Source of the DNA: Eledone cirrhosa
Taxonomy: Eukaryota
NCBI GenBank assembly: GCA_964016885.1
Contig: OZ024740.1
Location: 14,198,001 to 14,262,000 of the forward strand
Length of the DNA stretch: 64,000 nucleotides
Direction: 5' to 3'
A model generated the notes under the pieces. The model made no database searches. It saw only the letters and a program-made list of their open reading frames with translations, and was not told the origin of the DNA. Each line of letters starts with the position of its first letter. Position 1 is the stretch's first letter. A program made the translations under genes and the position numbers. Below, one piece after another: positions 54,901-64,000 of this stretch.

Positions 54901-57900
54901 AGGGTAGTGGAGTGGATATATAATAAAAGAAAGTATTGCACCAGAGTACTCAATATTTAGGGTAGTGGAGTGGATATATAATATAAGCAAGTATTGCACT
55001 AGAGTACTCAAAACTTAGGGTAGTGGAGTGGATATATAATATAAGCAAGTATTGCACCAGAGTACTCAATATTTAGGGTAGTGGAGTGGATATATAATAT
55101 CAGCAAGTATTGCACCAGAGTACTCAAAACTTACGGTAGTGGAGTGGATATATAATATAAGCAAGTATTGCACCAGAGCACTCAATATTTAGGGTAGTGG
55201 AGTGGATATATAATATAAGCAAGTATTGCACTAGAGTACTCAATATTTAGGGTAGTGGAGTGGATATATAATATAGGCAAGAATTGCACCAGAGTACTCA
55301 ATTCTTAGGGTAGTGGAGTGGATATATAATATAAGCAAGTATTCCACCAGAGTACTCAATATTTAGGGTAGTGGAGTGGATATATAAGATAAGCAAGTAT
55401 TGCACTAGAGTACTCAATATTTAGGGTAGTGCAGTGGATATATAAGATTAGCAAGTATTGCACCAGAGTACTCAATATTTAGGGTAGTGGAGTGGATATA
55501 TAATTTAAGCAAGTATTGCCCCAGACTAATCAATATTTAGGGTAGTGGAGTGGATATATAATATAAGCAAGTATTGCACCAGAGTACTCAATACTTACGG
55601 TAGTGGAGTGGATATATAATATAAGCAATATTGCACCAGAGTACTCAATAATTAGGGTAGTGGAGTGGATATATAATATAAGCAAGTATTGCACTAGAGT
55701 ACTCAATATTTAGGTTAGTGGAGTGGATATATAATATAAGCAAGTATTGCACCAGAGTACTCAATACTTACGGTAGTGGAGTGGATATATAATATAAGCA
55801 AGTATTGCACCAGAGTACTCAATACTTAGGGTAGTGGAGTGGATATATAATATGAGCAAGTATTGCACCAGAGTACTCAATATTTAGGGTAGTGGAGTGG
55901 ATATATAATATAAGCAAGTATTGCACCAGAGTACTCAATACTTAGGGTAGTGGAGTGGATATATAATATAAGCAAGTATTGCACCTGAGTACTCAATATT
56001 TAGGGTAGTGGAGTGGATATATAATATAAGCAAGTATTGCACCAGAGTACTCAATATTTAGGGTAGTGGAGTGGATATATAATATAAGCAAGTATTGCAC
56101 CAGAGTACTCAATACTTACGGTAGTGGAGTGGATATATAATATAAGCAAGTATTGCACCAGAGTACTCAATAATTAGGGTAGTGGAGTGGATATATAATA
56201 TAAGCAAGTATTGCACCAGAGTACTCAATATTTAGGGTAGTGGAGTGGATATATAATATAAGCAAGTATTGCACCAGAGTACTCAATAATTAGGGTAGTG
56301 GAGTGGATATATAATATAAGCAAGTATTGCACCAGAGTACTCAATAATTAGGGTAGTGGAGTGGATATATAATATAAGCAAGTATTGCACCAGAGTACTC
56401 AATACTTAGGGTAGTGGAGTGGATATATAATATAAGCAAGTATTGCACCTGAGTACTCAATATTTAGGGTAGTGGAGTGGATATATAATATAAGCAAGGA
56501 TTGCACCAGAGTACTCAATAATTAGGGTAGTGGAGTGGATATATAATATAAGCAAGTATTGCACCAGAGTACTCAATACTTAGGGTAGTGGAGTGGATAT
56601 ATAATATAAGCAAGTATTGCACCTGAGTACTCAATATTTAGGGTAGTGGAGTGGATATATAATATAAGCAAGGATTGCACCAGAGTACTCAATACTTAGG
56701 GTAGTGGAGTGGATATATATTATCAGCAAGTATTGCACCAGAGTACTCAAAACTTACGGTAGTGGAGTGGATATATAATATAAGCAAGTATTGCACCAGA
56801 GTACTCAATATTTAGGGTAGTGGAGTGGATATATAATATAAGTAAGTATTGCACCAGGGTACTCAATATTTAGGGTAGTGGAGTGGATATATAATATAAG
56901 CAAGTATTGCAACAGAGTACTCAATATTTAGCGTAGTGGAGTGTATATATTATTTAAGCAAGTATTGCACTAGAGTACTCAATATTTAGTGTAGTGGAGT
57001 GGATATATAATATAAGCAAGTATTGCACCAGAGTACTCAATATTTAGGGTAGTGGAGTGGATATATAATATAAGCAAGTATTGCACTAGAGTACTCAATA
57101 TTTAGGGTAGTGGAGTGGATATATAATATAAGCAAGTATGGACACCAGAGTACTCAATACTTAGGGTAGTGGAGTGGATATATAATATAAGCAAGTATTG
57201 CACCTGAGTACTCAATATTTAGGGTAGTGGAGTGGATATATAATATAAGCAAGTATTGCACCAGAGTACTAAATATTTAGGGTAGTGGAGTGGATATATA
57301 ATATAAGCAAGTATTGCACCAGAGTACTCAATACTTACGGTAGTGGAGTGGATATATAATATAAGCAAGTATTGCACCAGAGTACTCAATACTTAGGGTA
57401 GTGGAGTGGATATATAATATAAGCAAGTATTGCACCAGAGTACTCAATAATTAGGGTAGTGGATTGGATATATAATATAAGCAAGTATTGCACCAGAGTA
57501 CTCAATATTTAGGGTAGTGGAGTGGATATATAATATAAGCAAGTATTGCACCAGAGTACTCAATAATTAGGGTAGTGGATTGGATATATAATATAAGCAA
57601 GTATTGCACCAGAGTACTCAATATTTAGGGTAGTGGAGTGGATATATAATATAAGCAAGTATTGCACCAGAGTACTCAATACTTACGGTAGTGGAGTGGA
57701 TATATAATATAAGCAAGTATTGCACCAGAGTACTCAATACTTCCGGTAGTGGAGTGGATATATAATATAAGCAAGTATTGCACCAGAGTACTCAATACTT
57801 AGGGTAGTGGAGTGGATGTATAATATAAGCAAGTATTGCACCAGAGTACTCAATATTTAGGGTAGTGGAGTGGATATATAATATAAGCAAGTATTGCACC

Positions 57901-60900
57901 AGAGTACTCAATAATTAGGGTAGTGGAGTGGATATATAATATAAGCAAGTATTGCACCAGAGTACTCAATAATTAGGGCAGTGGATTGGATATATAATAT
58001 AAGCAAGTATTGCACCAGAGTACTCAATATTTAGGGTAGTGGAGTGGATATATAATATAAGCAAGTATTGCACCAGAGTACTCAATAACTAGGGTAGTGG
58101 AGTGGATATATAATATAAGCAAGTATTGCACCAGAGTACTCAATAATTAGGGTATTGGAGTGGATATATAATATAAGCAAGTATTGCACCAGAGTACTCA
58201 ATACTTAGGGTAGTGGAGTGGATATATAATATAAGCAAGTATTGCACCTGAGTACTCAATATTTAGGGTAGTGGAGTGGATATATAATATAAGCAAGGAT
58301 TGCACCAGAGTACTCAATAATTAGGGTAGTGGAGTGGATATATAATATAGCAAGTATTGCACCAGAGTACTCAATACTTAGGGTAGTGGAGTGGATATAT
58401 AATATAAGCAAGTATTGCAACTGAGTACTCAATATTTAGGGTAGTGGAGTGGATATATAATATAAGCAAGGATTGCACCAGAGTACTCAATACTTAGGGT
58501 AGTGGAGTGGATATATAATATAAGCAAGTATTGCACCAGAGTACTCAATACCTAGGGTAGTGGAGTGGATATATAATATAAGCAAGTATTGCACCAGAGT
58601 ACTCAATACTTAGGGTAGTGGAGTGGATATATAATATAAGCAAGTATTGCACCAGAGTACTCAATACTTAGGGTAGTGGAGTGGATATATAATATAAGCA
58701 AGTATTGCACCAGTTTACTCAATATTTAGGGTAGTGGAGTGGATATATAATATAAGCAAGTATTGCACCTGAGTACTCAATATTTAGGGTAGTGGAGTGG
58801 ATATATAATATAAGCAAGGATTGCACCAGAGTACTCAATAATTAGGGTAGTGGAGGGGATATATAATATAAGCAAGGATTGCACCAGAGTACTCAATACT
58901 TAGGGTAGTGGAGTGGATATATATTATCAGCAAGTATTGCACCACAGTACACAAAACTTACGGTAGTGGAGTGGATATATAATATAAGCAAGTATTGCAC
59001 CAGAGTACTCAATATTTAGGGTAGTGGAGTGGATATATAATATAAGTAAGTATTGCACCAGGGTACTCAATATTTAGGGTAGTGGAGTGGATATATAATA
59101 TAAGCAAGTATTGCACCAGAGTACTCAATATTTAGCGTAGTGGAGTGTATATATTATTTAAGCAAGTATTGCACTAGAGTACTCAATATTTAGTGTAGTG
59201 GAGTGGATATATAATATAAGCAAGTATTGCACCAGAGTACTCAATATTTAGGGTAGTGGAGTGGATATATAATATAAGCAAGTATTGCACTAGAGTACTC
59301 AATATTTAGGGTAGTGGAGTGGATATATAATATAAGCAAGTATTGCACTAGAGTACTCAATATTTAGGGTAGTGGAGTGGATATATAATATAAGCAAGTA
59401 TTGCACTAGAGTACTCAATACTTAGGGTAGTGGAGTGGATATATAATATAGGCAAGTATTGCACCAGAGTACTCAATTCTTAGGGTAGTGGAGTGGATAT
59501 ATAATATAAGCAAGTATTGCACCAGAGTACTCAATATTTAGGGTAGTGGAGTGGATATATAAGATAAGCAAGTATTGCACTAGAGTACTCAATATTTAGG
59601 GTAGAGGAGTGGATATATAAGATTAGCAAGTATTGCACCAGAGTACTCAATATTTAGGGTAGTGGAGTGGATATATAATTTAAGCAAGTATTGCCCCAGA
59701 CTAATAAATATTTAGGGTAGTGTAGTGCATATATAATATAAGCAAGTATTGCACCAGAGTACTCAATACTTACGGTAGTGGAGTGGATATATAATATAAG
59801 CAAGTATTGCACCAGAGTACTCAATACTTAGGGTAGTGGAGTGGATATATAATATGAGCAAGTACTGCACCAGAGTACTCAATATTTAGGGTAGTGGAGT
59901 GGATATATAATATAAGCAAGTATGGACACCAGAGTACTCAATACTTAGGGTAGTGGAGTGGATATATAATATAAGCAAGTATTGCACCTGAGTACTCAAT
60001 ATTTAGGGTAGTGGAGTGGATATATAATATAAGCAAGTATTGCACCAGAGTACTCAATATTTAGGGTAGTGGAGTGGATATATAATATAAGCAAGTATTG
60101 CACCAGAGTACTCAATACTTACGGTAGTGGAGTGGATATATAATATAAGCAAGTATTGCACCAGAGTACTCAATACTTAGGGTAGTGGAGTGGATATATA
60201 ATATAAGCAAGTATTGCACCAGAGTACTCAATAATTAGGGTAGTGGATTGGATATATAATATAAGCAAGTATTGCACCAGAGTACTCAATATTTAGGGTA
60301 GTGGAGTGGATATATAATATAAGCAAGTATTGCACCAGAGTACTCAATAATTAGGGTAGTGGATTGGATATATAATATAAGCAAGTATTGCACCAGAGTA
60401 CTCAATATTTAGGGTAGTGGAGTGGATATATAATATAAGCAAGTATTGCACCAGAGTACTCAATACTTACGGTAGTGGAGTGGATATATAATATAAGCAA
60501 GTATTGCACCAGAGTACTCAATACTTCCGGTAGTGGAGTGGATATATAATATAAGCAAGTATTGCACCAGAGTACTCAATACTTAGGGTAGTGGAGTGGA
60601 TGTATAATATAAGCAAGTATTGCACCAGAGTACTCAATATTTAGGGTAGTGGAGTGGATATATAATATAAGCAAGTATTGCACCAGAGTACTCAATAATT
60701 AGGGTAGTGGAGTGGATATATAATATAAGCAAGTATTGCACCAGAGTACTCAATAATTAGGGCAGTGGATTGGATATATAATATAAGCAAGTATTGCACC
60801 AGAGTACTCAATATTTAGGGTAGTGGAGTGGATATATAATATAAGCAAGTATTGCACCAGAGTACTCAATAACTAGGGTAGTGGAGTGGATATATAATAT

Positions 60901-63900
60901 AAGCAAGTATTGCACCAGAGTACTCAATAATTAGGGTATTGGAGTGGATATATAATATAAGCAAGTATTGCACCAGAGTACTCAATACTTAGGGTAGTGG
61001 AGTGGATATATAATATAAGCAAGTATTGCACCTGAGTACTCAATATTTAGGGTAGTGGAGTGGATATATAATATAAGCAAGGATTGCACCAGAGTACTCA
61101 ATAATTAGGGTAGTGGAGTGGATATATGATATAGCAAGTATTGCACCAGAGTACTCAATACTTAGGGTAGTGGAGTGGATATATAATATAAGCAAGTATT
61201 GCAACTGAGTACTCAATATTTAGGGTAGTGGAGTGGATATATAATATAAGCAAGGATTGCACCAGAGTACTCAATACTTAGGGTAGTGGAGTGGATATAT
61301 AATATAAGCAAGTATTGCACCAGAGTACTCAATAATTAGGGTAGTGGATTGGATATATAATATAAGCAAGTATTGCACCAGAGTACTCAATATTTAGGGT
61401 AGTGGAGTGGATATATAATATAAGCAAGTATTGCACCAGAGTACTCAATAATTAGGGTAGTGGATTGGATATATAATATAAGCAAGTATTGCACCAGAGT
61501 ACTCAATATTTAGGGTAGTGGAGTGGATATATAATATAAGCAAGTATTGCACCAGAGTACTCAATACTTACGGTAGTGGAGTGGATATATAATATAAGCA
61601 AGTATTGCACCAGAGTACTCAATACTTCCGGTAGTGGAGTGGATATATAATATAAGCAAGTATTGCACCAGAGTACTCAATACTTAGGGTAGTGGAGTGG
61701 ATGTATAATATAAGCAAGTATTGCACCAGAGTACTCAATATTTAGGGTAGTGGAGTGGATATATAATATAAGCAAGTATTGCACCAGAGTACTCAATAAT
61801 TAGGGTAGTGGAGTGGATATATAATATAAGCAAGTATTGCACCAGAGTACTCAATAATTAGGGCAGTGGATTGGATATATAATATAAGCAAGTATTGCAC
61901 CAGAGTACTCAATATTTAGGGTAGTGGAGTGGATATATAATATAAGCAAGTATTGCACCAGAGTACTCAATAACTAGGGTAGTGGAGTGGATATATAATA
62001 TAAGCAAGTATTGCACCAGAGTACTCAATAATTAGGGTATTGGAGTGGATATATAATATAAGCAAGTATTGCACCAGAGTACTCAATACTTAGGGTAGTG
62101 GAGTGGATATATAATATAAGCAAGTATTGCACCTGAGTACTCAATATTTAGGGTAGTGGAGTGGATATATAATATAAGCAAGGATTGCACCAGAGTACTC
62201 AATAATTAGGGTAGTGGAGTGGATATATAATATAGCAAGTATTGCACCAGAGTACTCAATACTTAGGGTAGTGGAGTGGATATATAATATAAGCAAGTAT
62301 TGCAACTGAGTACTCAATATTTAGGGTAGTGGAGTGGATATATAATATAAGCAAGGATTGCACCAGAGTACTCAATACTTAGGGTAGTGGAGTGGATATA
62401 TAATATAAGCAAGTATTGCACCAGAGTACTCAATACCTAGGGTAGTGGAGTGGATATATAATATAAGCAAGTATTGCACCAGAGTACTCAATACTTAGGG
62501 TAGTGGAGTGGATATATAATATAAGCAAGTATTGCACCAGAGTACTCAATACTTAGGGTAGTGGAGTGGATATATAATATAAGCAAGTATTGCACCAGTT
62601 TACTCAATATTTAGGGTAGTGGAGTGGATATATAATATAAGCAAGTATTGCACCTGAGTACTCAATATTTAGGGTAGTGGAGTGGATATATAATATAAGC
62701 AAGGATTGCACCAGAGTACTCAATAATTAGGGTAGTGGAGTGGATATATAATATAAGCAAGTATTGCACCAGAGTACTCAATACTTAGGGTAGTGGAGTG
62801 GATATATAATATAAGCAAGTATTGCACCTGAGTACTCAATATTTAGGGTAGTGGAGTGGATATATAATATAAGCAAGGATTGCACCAGAGTACTCAATAC
62901 TTAGGGTAGTGGAGTGGATATATAATATGAGCAAGTATTGCACCAGAGTACTCAAAACTTACGGTAGTGGAGTGGATATATAATATAAGCAAGTATTGCA
63001 CCAGAGTACTCAATATTTAGGGTAGTGGAGTGGATATATAATATAAGTAAGTATTGCACCAGGGTACTCAATATTTAAGGTAGTGGAGTGGATATATAAT
63101 ATAAGCAAGTATTGCACCAGAGTACTCAATATTTAGCGTAGTGGAGTGTATATATTATTTAAGCAAGTATTGCACTAGAGTACTCAATATTTAGTGTAGT
63201 GGAGTGGATATATAATATAAGCAAGTATTGCACCAGAGTACTCAATATTTAGGGTAGTGGAGTGGATATATAATATAAGCAAGTATTGCACTAGAGTACT
63301 CAATATTTAGGGTAGTGGAGTGGATATATAATATAAGCAAGTATTGCACTAGAGTACTCAATATTTAGGGTAGTGGAGTGGATATATAATATAAGCAAGT
63401 ATTGCACTAGAGTACTCAATACTTAGGGTAGTGGAGTGGATATATAATATAGGCAAGTATTGCACCAGAGTACTCAATTCTTAGGGTAGTGGAGTGGATA
63501 TATAATATAAGCAAGTATTGCACCAGAGTACTCAATATTTAGGGTAGTGGAGTGGATATATAAGATAAGCAAGTATTGCACTAGAGTACTCAATATTTAG
63601 GGTAGAGGAGTGGATATATAAGATTAGCAAGTATTGCACCAGAGTACTCAATATTTAGGGTTGTGGAGTGGATATATAATTTAAGCAAGTATTGCCCCAG
63701 ACTAATAAATATTTAGGGTAGTGTAGTGCATATATAATATAAGCAAGTATTGCACCAGAGTACTCAATACTTACGGTAGTGGAGTGGATATATAATATAA
63801 GCAAGTATTGCACCAGAGTACTCAATACTTAGGGTAGTGGAGTGGATATATAATATGAGCAAGTACTGCACCAGAGTACTCAATATTTAGGGTAGTGGAG

Positions 63901-64000
63901 TGGATATATAATATAAGCAAGTATGGACACCAGAGTACTCAATACTTAGGGTAGTGGAGTGGATATATAATATAAGCAAGTATTGCACCTGAGTACTCAA
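36967..64000. repeat. 58-bp satellite DNA array, over 27 kb (about 466 monomers), with higher-order structure
   Basis: Consensus GCAAGTATTGCACCAGAGTACTCAATA(C/T)TTAGGGTAGTGGAGTGGATATATAATATAA. The register shifts 2 nt per 60-nt line. The array is uninterrupted to the window end. Confidence 0.99.

Noticed and set aside
36967-64000. CRISPR array
   Set aside because: Monomers are contiguous with no unique spacers, there are no cas genes, and the context is eukaryotic.
36967-64000. True telomere
   Set aside because: TTAGGG occurs once per 58-bp unit and never as tandem (TTAGGG)n.

Overview
Eukaryotic, gene-free, repeat-saturated animal DNA. The very dense (TA)n/(CA)n/(TATG)n microsatellites and tRNA-derived SINEs look cephalopod/Octopus-like (inference). 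Positions 1-37 kb are a nest of mobile elements. They include three Penelope-like elements (PLEs): an intact Naiad-like RT+GIY-YIG element flanked by hammerhead-ribozyme (HHR) direct repeats, a 5'-truncated Neptune-like copy with an inverted pLTR, and a two-ORF Neptune-like element whose ORF1 and RT frames overlap at a U-UUU-UUA slippery heptamer. There is also a head-to-tail chain of non-autonomous Helitron-like elements, foldback palindromes built from HHR-bearing pLTRs, SINEs and decayed LINE fragments. About 15 intact or degenerate HHR motifs can be read by eye. Positions 36967-64000 are a 58-bp satellite (about 466 monomers, open at the window end) with layered higher-order repeats. Its monomer and left junction are collinear with the 5' leader of the Naiad-like PLE in this window, which suggests the satellite grew out of a PLE pseudo-LTR. 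Nearly all other ORFs in the supplied track are microsatellite artefacts. All alignments and RNA folds were done by eye.
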